A model generated the notes under the pieces. The model searched no databases. It was not told the DNA's origin and worked only from the letters and a program-made list of their open reading frames with translations. The translations under genes were made by a program, and so were the position numbers. From assembly GCA_035297365.1 (NCBI GenBank), contig DATGZA010000075.1:32001-96000 (forward strand): a DNA stretch of 64,000 bases. Reading direction: 5' to 3'. Of the stretch, positions 10,099 to 19,657 are shown in pieces. The stretch comes from Nitrososphaeraceae archaeon. GTDB lineage: Archaea > Thermoproteota > Nitrososphaeria > Nitrososphaerales > Nitrososphaeraceae. Every line of letters begins with the position of its first letter. The stretch's first letter is position 1.

Positions 10099-11180
10099 CA
10101 AACGATTATTACTCTCAGGGCCTGAGTCAGACCATTACAAAATTAGAAAGAAAAATAGATCTCCCTTATTCGGAATCTTATAATATGTTTAAAAGAATTA
10201 TTAATTGCGAGCTCACCGATCTTCAAGTTTTTTCGATCTTAAAAGCATTGGGCAATAAGGGAGAATCTATTGATGAAATAATAGCTTTGGTCGATATTAT
10301 TTATGGTAAAGCAATAAGGATAAGACCGAATATTAAAGGAAGTTTAATTGACAATTGCGGTACTGGTGGCGATAAAGTAAATACTTTTAATATAAGTACT
10401 GCATCTAGTATAGTTGCGTCAGCTGCTGGATGCAAGATAGCAAAACATGGTAATAGATCTTCCTCTGGAAAATCTGGAAGTTCGGATTTTTTGGAAGCAA
10501 TAGGTTTGGATTTAACAAAAGCGTCAGAAAATGCTTCACGTTCTATTGAAACTATAGGGATAGGATTTCTCTTCGCACCATTTTTTCATCCAACTTTAAA
10601 AAGTCTATCGAAACTTAGGCAATCTATTGGTATGAGAACTATTTTTAACATCGTCGGTCCGTTGTGCAATCCGTGTACCAATCTTACTGGACAAGTAATT
10701 GGAGTGTATGATCGCATACTATCTCAAAAGATATCGAAGGTAGCCTTAAAAAAACATGATAGAAAATACATGATTGTTTACTCTCATGATGGCGTTGATG
10801 AATTGACAAATAGTGGATTGAATAATATTACTATAGTTAACAAAGGAAGGATCGATAACTATAAGTTTTTTTCAACGAATTTTGGGATTACGATTGCTCC
10901 AATTGAAAAATTGTTGATAAAAAACAGAGAAGAATCTATAAGATTAACTTTGCAAGCAATTTATGGGACGGCAGAAAAAGAAATAGAAGATGTAGTTGTT
11001 ATAAATTCTGCGGCCTCATTAATCACAGGAGATATCGTAAATAACTTTAAAGACGGAATAGAAATTTCCAGGGAATCGATAAAAACGCAAAAAGCCAGAA
11101 AAAAACTCGAGACCCTGATAGAGAAATATGGACAGAAAGAAAAATTGATCGAGACAGAAAAAAAATTCGGATTATCATGA
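10095..11180 (+). CDS. trpD: anthranilate phosphoribosyltransferase
   Basis: DNCGTGGD, NISTAS, KHGNRSSS, RTIFNIVGPL, DGVDE. Confidence 0.95.
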   Translation: MTNDYYSQGLSQTITKLERKIDLPYSESYNMFKRIINCELTDLQVFSILKALGNKGESIDEIIALVDIIYGKAIRIRPNIKGSLIDNCGTGGDKVNTFNISTASSIVASAAGCKIAKHGNRSSSGKSGSSDFLEAIGLDLTKASENASRSIETIGIGFLFAPFFHPTLKSLSKLRQSIGMRTIFNIVGPLCNPCTNLTGQVIGVYDRILSQKISKVALKKHDRKYMIVYSHDGVDELTNSGLNNITIVNKGRIDNYKFFSTNFGITIAPIEKLLIKNREESIRLTLQAIYGTAEKEIEDVVVINSAASLITGDIVNNFKDGIEISRESIKTQKARKKLETLIEKYGQKEKLIETEKKFGLS

Positions 11181-11296
11181 AATAAATACAGTTACGTTTA
11201 TCCCCAACTCAAAAATAGGTAAAATAAAATAATTAGAAAATGAAGAGCAAATAATATTTGCAATGATGCAAATATTTATATGAGTTTGACAAAAGA

Positions 11297-11668
11297 ATGC
11301 AGATATTGAGCTTTCAGTTAACAACATTGCAAGATCAAGAGAATATCCTACTTGGAAGGAGAGAAGTGAAATATTTCATAAAAGAAGCGGCTGGTAAAAT
11401 AAGCAGGTTAGAATTGATAAGTTTAATAGAGAAGAGCCTTGGAATACAAAAGGATAGCATTTATCCAATTGAATTAAGAACTGAAAAAGGCAAAAATCAT
11501 GTTAATGTACTAGTTTATATTTACGATAAAAAAGAACAGTCTGAACGACAACTACCCAAGTATCAAATACTTAGAAGGCTTTCAAAAGATGAAAGAAAGA
11601 AAATATTAGACGAAGAGAAAGCAGCTAAGCTAAAGGCGAAACAGGCTGCAAAAGCAGATGCGAAGTAG
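11297..11668 (+). CDS. rps24e: 30S ribosomal protein S24e
   Basis: ENILLGRREV motif; sits immediately upstream of S27ae, the conserved archaeal order. Confidence 0.85.
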   Translation: MQILSFQLTTLQDQENILLGRREVKYFIKEAAGKISRLELISLIEKSLGIQKDSIYPIELRTEKGKNHVNVLVYIYDKKEQSERQLPKYQILRRLSKDERKKILDEEKAAKLKAKQAAKADAK

Positions 11669-11679
11669 ACCAATTCCTG

Positions 11680-11874
11680 GTGATAGAGATGGTTGACAAA
11701 AAGAAAAATAAAGATTCTAAAATTTATAAATTCTACAAATTTGAGAATGATGTAGTAAAAAAAGTTAGAAGAGAATGTCCCAGGTGTGGAAAGGGAATCT
11801 TCATGGCTGAACATAAAGACAGACATACATGTGGAAAATGTGGATTTACTGAGTTCCTTCATAAAAAACAATAA
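11680..11874 (+). CDS. rps27ae: 30S ribosomal protein S27ae
   Basis: CPRCGKGIFMAEHKDRHTCGKCGFT. Confidence 0.96.
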   Translation: MIEMVDKKKNKDSKIYKFYKFENDVVKKVRRECPRCGKGIFMAEHKDRHTCGKCGFTEFLHKKQ

Positions 11875-12580
11875 CCATTAGTTGTTATGATGATTAGTGT
11901 TGTATTAATAAATTAAAACTAACAGAAATTCATTAGTTCTTCCTATGGAAGTTTACTATAAATCATATTTTTTCTGAAAATCGAAGTGTTAGAAAATTTA
12001 AGATTAGAATATATTTTTTTCTCTATTTTACTTTTTAATTTCACTTTTTTTAAAATTGTCCGTATGTTATGAGAGAAGAAGGAGCATTTCAACAACAAAA
12101 GATACTTTTTATTTTCTATTATTTCATCTTTCATTTTTAATTATCGAATACTATCATTAAGAGAGAAAAAGCCAGATAAATATTTTGTTCGGGTAACCCA
12201 TATCATCAATAACTGTAATTGTCGGTATAAGAATTCTACCAGTCAATTCTTTTTTAAATTGTTGAATGATCAACTTTTTAAGAAGGTGACCTTTTGAAAC
12301 ATTATTGATCAATTAAAATAAGAAATAACAAGACAAAGAATCTTCTTTCACTCATTATTTTCAAAAACTTTAACATTAAATACCCTACAATATCATATTT
12401 TTTGATATATAATAAATTATTTGATGTAGTTCTAAAATTACCAAATATTCAAAGCTGATTAAGAAATAATTTTCTATGTCCATTTTTCATGAAATCAAAA
12501 TGAGAGCAAGAAAAAAATGAAATAGCGTACTTTTGCTAATTGCTGGCTTATAGCTGTAAAAAATTCAAAAATTATTTCGA

Positions 12581-13270
12581 TTATGTTTCCAAAATATATT
12601 TTAATCTATTTTTAAGACTAGGCTCGACTTGAAAATTCAAAATGGAGGACACTGGTATTGAAACATTATTATCTTCTAGGCGAATTTTTTTAATCATTAA
12701 TCCTCTCTTTATCCAATTTTCAACTACCTGTTGTTCCAAATGTACATCTTTAAACCCATCTTGAAACTTATTTTTTAAACATGTCAAGAGATTGTTGTCG
12801 TTTTTGAATAGTTTATTTGCATCAAACAATCGTTCAAAATCATCATATTTTTCTTCATAGAAAGTACTTTTTACATTATCTGAATGAATGTTCATTTTTA
12901 TAAAACGATTTACTAAACCCACATAATGTAAAAACTCGTGTGCAAGTATCGTATGTATCGAACTCTTCAATCCATAGACGACAAGAGGAGCCGTTATCTG
13001 AATAAAAATAGATAAATCTCCCTTCTCATTAATATCTGGAATAGTTCTAGCAAAAAGGAGGCCATACTGGTCAACCTCTACCAAGGATGATGATACTATA
13101 AGACTAGGTTCAATATAATATGGCGGGAAATTTATCATACTTGTTTTTTCAATTCTTTTGATCCCATCCAACAAAATAGAAAACCGTTTTAAAATAATTT
13201 CATATATTTCCCTAGGTATCAGTTTATTGAGAAAAGCATCATTAATAGCACTTAGAGGATCACAATCCAT
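12581..13270 (-). CDS. hypothetical protein with HExxH zincin-like motif
   Basis: 229 aa; ILAHEFLHY. Confidence 0.75.
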   Translation of the reverse strand: MDCDPLSAINDAFLNKLIPREIYEIILKRFSILLDGIKRIEKTSMINFPPYYIEPSLIVSSSLVEVDQYGLLFARTIPDINEKGDLSIFIQITAPLVVYGLKSSIHTILAHEFLHYVGLVNRFIKMNIHSDNVKSTFYEEKYDDFERLFDANKLFKNDNNLLTCLKNKFQDGFKDVHLEQQVVENWIKRGLMIKKIRLEDNNVSIPVSSILNFQVEPSLKNRLKYILET

Positions 13271-13307
13271 TACTAGATAAGATGAAAATATTATAAATAT
13301 AAAAAAA

Positions 13308-14459
13308 TTACGCGGCAGTTATATCCAGAACGTCAAATTTTATACAAGTACATTTATTATCAATATATGATGAAATATTTGGTTCTATCCAATCCTTTCC
13401 CTCTATAAACTGTTTTATGAACAATCCGCCATCTGACAAAAAGGTAATAACAAAATCATATTCATCTAATCTCTTAACAGAGATTTTGTAGATCCTCCTT
13501 TGAACTAATTTTGTTTTGTTTCTATATTTTATTGTAGAATTCTTCAGTTCGTTTAGTCTCAGTAAATTCAAATTGTTTATAGGGGATAGTGCTTTCACAT
13601 AGGCTTTTGTTTTTGATATATAATTTATGGAGTATTTTTTTATTGATTCTTTTTTTTCTTTTATCTTAAATATTATTCCATCTTCTTGGAAAATAATATT
13701 CTTTTTTATTTTCCTTTTTTTTGGGTTAATGATTTGGGCTATAAAAAATCTTCCCTTTCCTAAAACCATACTATTTTGATCTTCACCTCCCATCCATGTA
13801 AAATTCACATTATCACAAGAGGTAAAATCCATCAAATGACGTTTTATGATGGTTTCAATCGATTTTTTTTGACTATTGTTTTCCATCAGGTTACATATCT
13901 TACATCCTCTTACTTCACAATTATCACATTTGAATTTCCTTTGATGCATGAGTTTTTTCTTTGTATATCTACAGATTAAGTAGTACGGACGGGTTTGAAA
14001 GTCAACAGAAAATTCAAGATCATGAGATATTGAAAGATTTATCAGGATATCAGGAGATTGTATTTTTAGAGGCTTTTTTAAAACTTTTTCAAAATTATTT
14101 CTCACTGCATGATTAAAAGCTGATTTAATATTCTCTTCTCCACGTAGTTGAAAAAGAGATCTGAAATGATCCTCATTATCAAACAAATGTGCAGGAAGAG
14201 AAGATCCCAAAGAATAAGAATCAAATTCATATTTATTTTTAACAGATATAAGAAAGGTTATTTCCTTTACAATTTCTTCTATGAGATCAAATAATCCCCT
14301 ACAAATAAAACAGTTTGAGCAAGAGTTATCTGTACTTGTTGTTTTATGATCTTTAAGCATCGCGTACTTACCAAATAATATTTTTGCTGTATTGTTTCTT
14401 TTTAAACAATAATCACATAGAGTATAAAAATTATTGATAATATTTTCAGATTGTTTCAA
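13308..14459 (-). CDS. pus10: tRNA pseudouridine(54/55) synthase Pus10
   Basis: N-terminal CDYC...CFICRG Zn site, THUMP-like region, GGED...VLGKGR, DGGLFIKQFI, FDVLDI; adjacent to srp54. Confidence 0.85.
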   Translation of the reverse strand: MKQSENIINNFYTLCDYCLKRNNTAKILFGKYAMLKDHKTTSTDNSCSNCFICRGLFDLIEEIVKEITFLISVKNKYEFDSYSLGSSLPAHLFDNEDHFRSLFQLRGEENIKSAFNHAVRNNFEKVLKKPLKIQSPDILINLSISHDLEFSVDFQTRPYYLICRYTKKKLMHQRKFKCDNCEVRGCKICNLMENNSQKKSIETIIKRHLMDFTSCDNVNFTWMGGEDQNSMVLGKGRFFIAQIINPKKRKIKKNIIFQEDGIIFKIKEKKESIKKYSINYISKTKAYVKALSPINNLNLLRLNELKNSTIKYRNKTKLVQRRIYKISVKRLDEYDFVITFLSDGGLFIKQFIEGKDWIEPNISSYIDNKCTCIKFDVLDITAA

Positions 14460-14497
14460 ATTATAATTGCACTTAACTACTGTTATTATTAGTTACA

Positions 14498-15865
14498 TTA
14501 ACCAAAACCGAAACGTCTCAACATTCCATGCATCTGTCTGCCTTTTGCCTGTTTCATCATACTTTTTGAATTATTGTATTGTTTTATCATTTCTTTAACG
14601 TCATGTTCCATTATACCTGATCCTCTTGAAATTCGTTTTCTTCTTGAATCATTGATCACATTTGGATCCTTTTTTTCTTCTTTTGTCATTGATTGTATAA
14701 CAAATCTCCATTTTTCAATCTTTGTTTGTAAAATATCTAGTTGTTCATCTTTTACCATACCAGAAAGTCCTGGAAGATTTTCCATTACATTTCTAAACCC
14801 CATTTTACTTACATTTTCCATTTGAGAATAGAAATCTTCTATAGTCATTCTACCACCTAATAATCTTTTAGTTTGGTTTGCATCCGCTTCCAATTCAAGG
14901 CTTTTTGCCATTTCTAACAATGCCTTAATATCTCCCATCCCCAATATGCGACCTACAAACCTAGTTGGAGAAAATAATTCTAAATCATCAATCCTTTCAC
15001 CCGTTCCGATAAACATAATTTTAGCTCCTGTGGCTGCAGAAGCTGCTAAAGCACCTCCACCCTTGGCAGTTCCATCCAGTTTAGTTATCAAAATTCCTCC
15101 TACTGGAGCAGCATCGTGAAATGCTTTTGCCTGATTGTATGCCTGCTGTCCAATAGTACCATCTATTACCAGGATGACTATATCAGGATTAACAACATTA
15201 TACATATCATTCATTTCCTGTAATAATCCTAACTCTTCTTTGTGTCTTCCCGCTGTATCTATGATGATTACATCATAATCGAGATTATTATAATACTCTA
15301 ATCCATTTCTCAATATAGAAACAGGATCCTTATTATCTTCTTCTCCATAAACTTCCACTTTAATTTTAATGCTATTCATCTTTAATTGTGTAAGAGCGCC
15401 AGGTCTCCACGTATCTGCACCTATAATAGCGGTTTTATATCCATGCCTGGTTAACCATCTCGCAAGTTTAACAGTACATGTAGTTTTTCCGCTTCCCTGG
15501 ATACCAAGCATCAAAATGATATTCTTTTTCCCAGGTTTAAAATTTAGAGATTCTTTTTCTTCCGAATAAGATTTCTCTATATTGGTTATGCTTGTTCCGC
15601 TGTATCCAAGTAAAGAAGCAATTTCATTATAAAGTATTGTAATAATATGATCTTTTCTTGATAATCCTTTTGGAGGCTGTTCATTTAAGGCACGATCTTT
15701 TAAATTCTTTGTAATAGAAAGCACCAATTTGACATTGATATCAGATTGCAATAATGATCTTTGGATATCCTTACAAAGAGAATCAATCAATGCTTCATTT
15801 ATATCCGATGCTCCTACTATTTTCTTGAGGGCGCTTCTTAATCCTGTCCGTAGATTATCAAACAT
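14498..15865 (-). CDS. srp54: signal recognition particle 54 kDa protein
   Basis: [33 protein letters not shown], Met-rich M domain. Confidence 0.97.
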   Translation of the reverse strand: MFDNLRTGLRSALKKIVGASDINEALIDSLCKDIQRSLLQSDINVKLVLSITKNLKDRALNEQPPKGLSRKDHIITILYNEIASLLGYSGTSITNIEKSYSEEKESLNFKPGKKNIILMLGIQGSGKTTCTVKLARWLTRHGYKTAIIGADTWRPGALTQLKMNSIKIKVEVYGEEDNKDPVSILRNGLEYYNNLDYDVIIIDTAGRHKEELGLLQEMNDMYNVVNPDIVILVIDGTIGQQAYNQAKAFHDAAPVGGILITKLDGTAKGGGALAASAATGAKIMFIGTGERIDDLELFSPTRFVGRILGMGDIKALLEMAKSLELEADANQTKRLLGGRMTIEDFYSQMENVSKMGFRNVMENLPGLSGMVKDEQLDILQTKIEKWRFVIQSMTKEEKKDPNVINDSRRKRISRGSGIMEHDVKEMIKQYNNSKSMMKQAKGRQMHGMLRRFGFG

Positions 15866-15866
15866 T

Positions 15867-16553
15867 TTACTTATCCATTAATACAATATCTATTATTTCT
15901 ATTATACCTCTTTGTCCATCCCATTTAGTCTTTGAATTAAGTATTTGTAATCTCTTTTCATAGATTGGACAGTCAATTACAAGTGTTTCTGCTTCTCCTC
16001 CTTCAAATGCCACATTAAACCCATATTTCTTACTTAGCAAAAATAATTTTTCAAGTTTATCTTGATCTATAATTGTGCCCAACCAACTCTCGTCCAGTCC
16101 CATCGCAGAAACGCTAACTATGAGTATGGAGAATTTATGAATGAGTAGTTCCTTCATATATGAAAATTGCTCAGCTTCCCATAGCGGAGAATAAAGTATC
16201 AAATCATTATCCTTACAAATATTATTAAAAATATTTTTTTGAAAATTTGAGAACAATCCTCCATTGACTAATCCTTCGATGTTGTATTCTGCCTTGGCAA
16301 TTTTTACCAAATGATCTAGAGATTTTATTTCTTTATCTAAATTGTTAATTGCAATGTTACCTTCAATAATGGGTATATTCATAGCTTGGGATTGCAATTT
16401 AGGAATCCCCATATTTGGGAAGTGAAATAGTAGACTTTCTTCATTAGATGGATATAATGTAATCAAACATTTTATTGAAAATCCTCTTTTCTTAGCGAGA
16501 TAGATAGCATATGTACTATCCTTACCACCAGAGAAAAGACTAGCTAGTTTCAT
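15867..16553 (-). CDS. dph6: diphthine--ammonia ligase (Dph6 / PP-loop ATPase)
   Basis: SLFSGGKDS PP-loop, SPLW, FEGGEAETLVIDCP. Confidence 0.9.
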   Translation of the reverse strand: MKLASLFSGGKDSTYAIYLAKKRGFSIKCLITLYPSNEESLLFHFPNMGIPKLQSQAMNIPIIEGNIAINNLDKEIKSLDHLVKIAKAEYNIEGLVNGGLFSNFQKNIFNNICKDNDLILYSPLWEAEQFSYMKELLIHKFSILIVSVSAMGLDESWLGTIIDQDKLEKLFLLSKKYGFNVAFEGGEAETLVIDCPIYEKRLQILNSKTKWDGQRGIIEIIDIVLMDK

Positions 16554-16623
16554 TATTTATATCAATTCAATGGATAGTATATATAAAAATAAAAAATGGT
16601 GATGCAGATAATACTTTTGATTA

Positions 16624-16929
16624 TTACATATTGGAAATTGAATTATGCTGCTGAATGGTTGCGTAATTCGACTGCTCCGAGACCTCTGGGAACAATCCTG
16701 CTAATTTATCATGTTTGTCTAGAAAATCTACTCCCATAGACGTCGTCTTATACAAGCCAGTAACTTTGGAATATTCCATTAAACCTTGTTTAACTGCTAA
16801 TCGCAAATATCTAGTTATTTGAGAATGAGACACAGATGCCTTATTCATTATAGTTGTTTGATATTCCCATTTATTGGCAGCACAACGAATTATAGATGCA
16901 ATTATTCCTATATCAGTTCTATTTTTCAA
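16624..16929 (-). CDS. winged helix-turn-helix transcriptional regulator (archaeal HTH_45-like)
   Basis: KNRTDIGIIASII...TTIMNKASVSHSQITRYL...YKTTSMGVDFL. Confidence 0.82.
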   Translation of the reverse strand: MKNRTDIGIIASIIRCAANKWEYQTTIMNKASVSHSQITRYLRLAVKQGLMEYSKVTGLYKTTSMGVDFLDKHDKLAGLFPEVSEQSNYATIQQHNSISNM

Positions 16930-17254
16930 AGAATCTTTACCTCTTTCTTCATCCTATGAATGCTGAATGATGGAATTCATTTTAAATAATAAAAAAACCT
17001 TTGACAATTATTAACGACAAAGTTGTTTGTTAAATTAAAACTGATAAAAAGAAATATTAAAAATTAATCAGAACACCTCAGCAACTCATAATCTTCGTCA
17101 CATACAAATTACAATGTATCGGACGGCTCTTCCTATACTTCATCGGCATTAGATTTGTTTATTACCTTTAATTTAAATTGATCATTATTAAAGACCCCTT
17201 TTTTGGAAAACTAGTTTAAATACTCATTTTTTTTATTCCAATCCGACGTGTAGT

Positions 17255-18187
17255 AATCTGGCGTTATAGTTTGAAATCAATTATACAACGATGCTTTCAA
17301 CATTCTCTCATTTGTCATGTTCTCTAACCTTATAGCAGTAAGGTATTCTCCAAAGATTCTCTTTATGCAGGATTAAACAATTTGTACAATCCCTCTTTTA
17401 TGATATCTAACGCCATCATTTAAAATGCCAAGCTTAGCATTCCATTCCATTACTGCGACAATTCCTTTATAAATGGTCGTCCATTTCAGTCTAAAGTTCA
17501 TTCCTTTATTGCATATTACATTCCTCTAAATGATAAAAATTGAATTGCTATTAGTATCACACGAACCGTCAATACTGGCAGTATCTAGTTCTCTTAATCT
17601 GTTTTATTGCTATATTACCTACCAAGTCGTGTAATACTAAGGAATCATGTAATTGTTCACTGCTGGATACCAGTAACCATAAAATTTTCTTACTTCTTAT
17701 GTCAACTGCTATACGTACCTTTAGATAGCGTTTTTTAAATCTCCCTTTTTTTTAATACGCTCGTCTCTGAATGATACTTTGATCCCAGTAGAATCAATTG
17801 CGATTACAAAATTATCTTGTAAATTACAGTTCATGACCTCATCGGAAATCTTGGTATCATCCCTCTATTCTTCTGGTAATGTTACTATAATGAGGGATTT
17901 GATGATAATGCATTACAAGCAGGTGCTGGTACTATATCTTCAGTGTGTCTCTATGGTAAATGAAAGTAAAGTTATATATAATCCAACAATTTGGTATACG
18001 AAATTTCCAGCTTCTTTATACCTGTTAATATCTTCCATTTTAGTATCCGGTTGTAAATAACATCAAAATCAAGAGAATCTCTGCTCTCTGTATAAGATAT
18101 TATTATCTTTATTCCCTTCAGTGAAAAAGGTCCTAGCATTAGGATTGTTTGCTAAATTTTTTAGGAATGTGACTTATGCAACAATAC
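17255..18187 (-). pseudogene. decayed IS5-family transposase
   Basis: Fragments across frames: LDFDVIYN; FVIAIDSTGIKVSFRDERIKKKGRFKKRYLKVRIAVDIRSKKIL...QLHDS; IDGSCDTN; IKRIFGEYLTAIRLENMTNERMLKASLYN*. Multiple stops and frameshifts; ends approximate. Confidence 0.85.
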
Positions 18188-18340
18188 ATTAAAATCAAAT
18201 AAAGAGATTTGAATCAGGATAGCCCATATACAAATGTGATCCATATGTAAATTATGCTAAAGAATGCTTTTTGTACTTATTGTGCATAAAATATAATCAA
18301 ATAAAATTAATTTTTATTATCCTTATTTTATATTCAGAGT

Positions 18341-19393
18341 ATGATCTCTGCGAGAATAGTTAAAACCAATGAATCTCTGATAATTGAGACTATGCAGCAA
18401 CCAAAACCTGTACATACACAAGTTTTGGTACGAGTTAAAGCTGCTGGAATATGCCATAGTGACCTACATTTGTGGGAAGGAGGATACATTGGTTCTGGTG
18501 GAAAAATGATGAAAGTAGAAGATAGAGGAGTTCGTTTCCCATTAACACCAGGCCATGAAGTAGCAGGTGTGGTGGAGGAAATAGGAGAATCAGTGTCATA
18601 TTTTCAAAAAGGAGACAGAGTTTTGGTCTATCCTTGGATTGGGGACGAGATATGTTCTTCATGCAAGTCAGGGGATGAAAATTTATGTGATAAACCTAGA
18701 ACATTAGGAATTTACCAAGATGGAGGCTACTCAGACTTAATTCTTGTTCCTAATTATAAATACCTAATAAAATTAGAACAGAATGATTTTGATTCTGCAG
18801 CTTCTCTCGCATGTTCTGGGTTAACTGCTTATACAGCAATAAAGAAAGCAGCTGCAACTCCCAATGATAATTTGGTAATTATTGGAGCTGGCGGATTGGG
18901 ATTGATGGCAGTGCAGATAGCGAAATCAATCACTAATTCCAAAATTTTGGTTGTAGATGTAGACAATGAGAAATTAGAGGAAGCGAAAAGATTAGGTGCA
19001 GATCACATTATCAATTCCGTGGAGACTGATCCTATCAAGAATGTAAAAGATTTATCAGGGGGAGAAGGTTGTGAAATAGCAATAGATTTTGTAAATAACA
19101 GTAAAACTGCACCGGTTGCTATAGATAGTTTGAGAAAAAGAGGAAAATATATAATGGTAGGATTATTTGGAGGATCTTTGGAATTGAATCTCCCATTGGT
19201 TCCCCTGAGAGCATTTAATATAATGGGCGCTTATACTGGAAGAATCACAGACTTGGTTGAACTAGTATCACTCTATAAAAAAGGAAAGATAAGTTCTGTT
19301 GTATCAAAGAAATACAAATTGGATGCCGTGAATGACGCTCTACAAGATCTAAAGAACAGAAAAATTATTGGAAGAGCAGTATTTAATCCCTAA
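18341..19393 (+). CDS. zinc-dependent alcohol dehydrogenase (MDR family)
   Basis: GICHSDLH, TPGHE, structural Zn region (DEICSSC...NLC), ACSGLT, GAGGLG. Confidence 0.93.
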   Translation: MISARIVKTNESLIIETMQQPKPVHTQVLVRVKAAGICHSDLHLWEGGYIGSGGKMMKVEDRGVRFPLTPGHEVAGVVEEIGESVSYFQKGDRVLVYPWIGDEICSSCKSGDENLCDKPRTLGIYQDGGYSDLILVPNYKYLIKLEQNDFDSAASLACSGLTAYTAIKKAAATPNDNLVIIGAGGLGLMAVQIAKSITNSKILVVDVDNEKLEEAKRLGADHIINSVETDPIKNVKDLSGGEGCEIAIDFVNNSKTAPVAIDSLRKRGKYIMVGLFGGSLELNLPLVPLRAFNIMGAYTGRITDLVELVSLYKKGKISSVVSKKYKLDAVNDALQDLKNRKIIGRAVFNP

Positions 19394-19435
19394 AGAAAAT
19401 TTCTAATCTTTTATTTTTAATCTTGTTTAAGTGTA

Positions 19436-19594
19436 TCCCGCGAGCAGGATTTGCTCCAAATAACAATTGTTACTTTGTTTGAGCCTGCGACAATTCGGTT
19501 TCTGTTAAATGTAAGCCTGATAGGCTGATCACAACGGTTAGCTAAACAGCCAACTTCTACAGCCGAAAGCTCTACCAGGCTGAGCTATCGCGGG
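19436..19594 (-). tRNA. tRNA-Tyr(GTA) with two introns (37/38: 19500-19556; T-loop 58/59: 19451-19478)
   Basis: CCCGCGA/TCGCGGG acceptor stem with C1-G72 (archaeal Tyr identity), anticodon GTA and two BHB motifs; removing both introns gives a 74-nt cloverleaf. Confidence 0.93.
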
Positions 19595-19657
19595 ATACCT
19601 GCTGTGAAACATTTATTATATATAATTGATTCTAAGCAGATATTCAAAGATTCAATT

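Noticed and set aside
9511-11180. trpG-trpD without trpE as a novel pathway
   Set aside because: Other trp genes may simply lie outside the window; both proteins look canonical
17779-18060. 93-aa plus-strand ORF
   Set aside because: Antisense to the decayed IS5 transposase; no independent coding signal
19500-19556. C/D box RNA nested in the tRNA-Tyr canonical intron (as in euryarchaeal tRNA-Trp)
   Set aside because: Only a C-like GTGATCA is present, with no downstream CTGA D box on the sense strand
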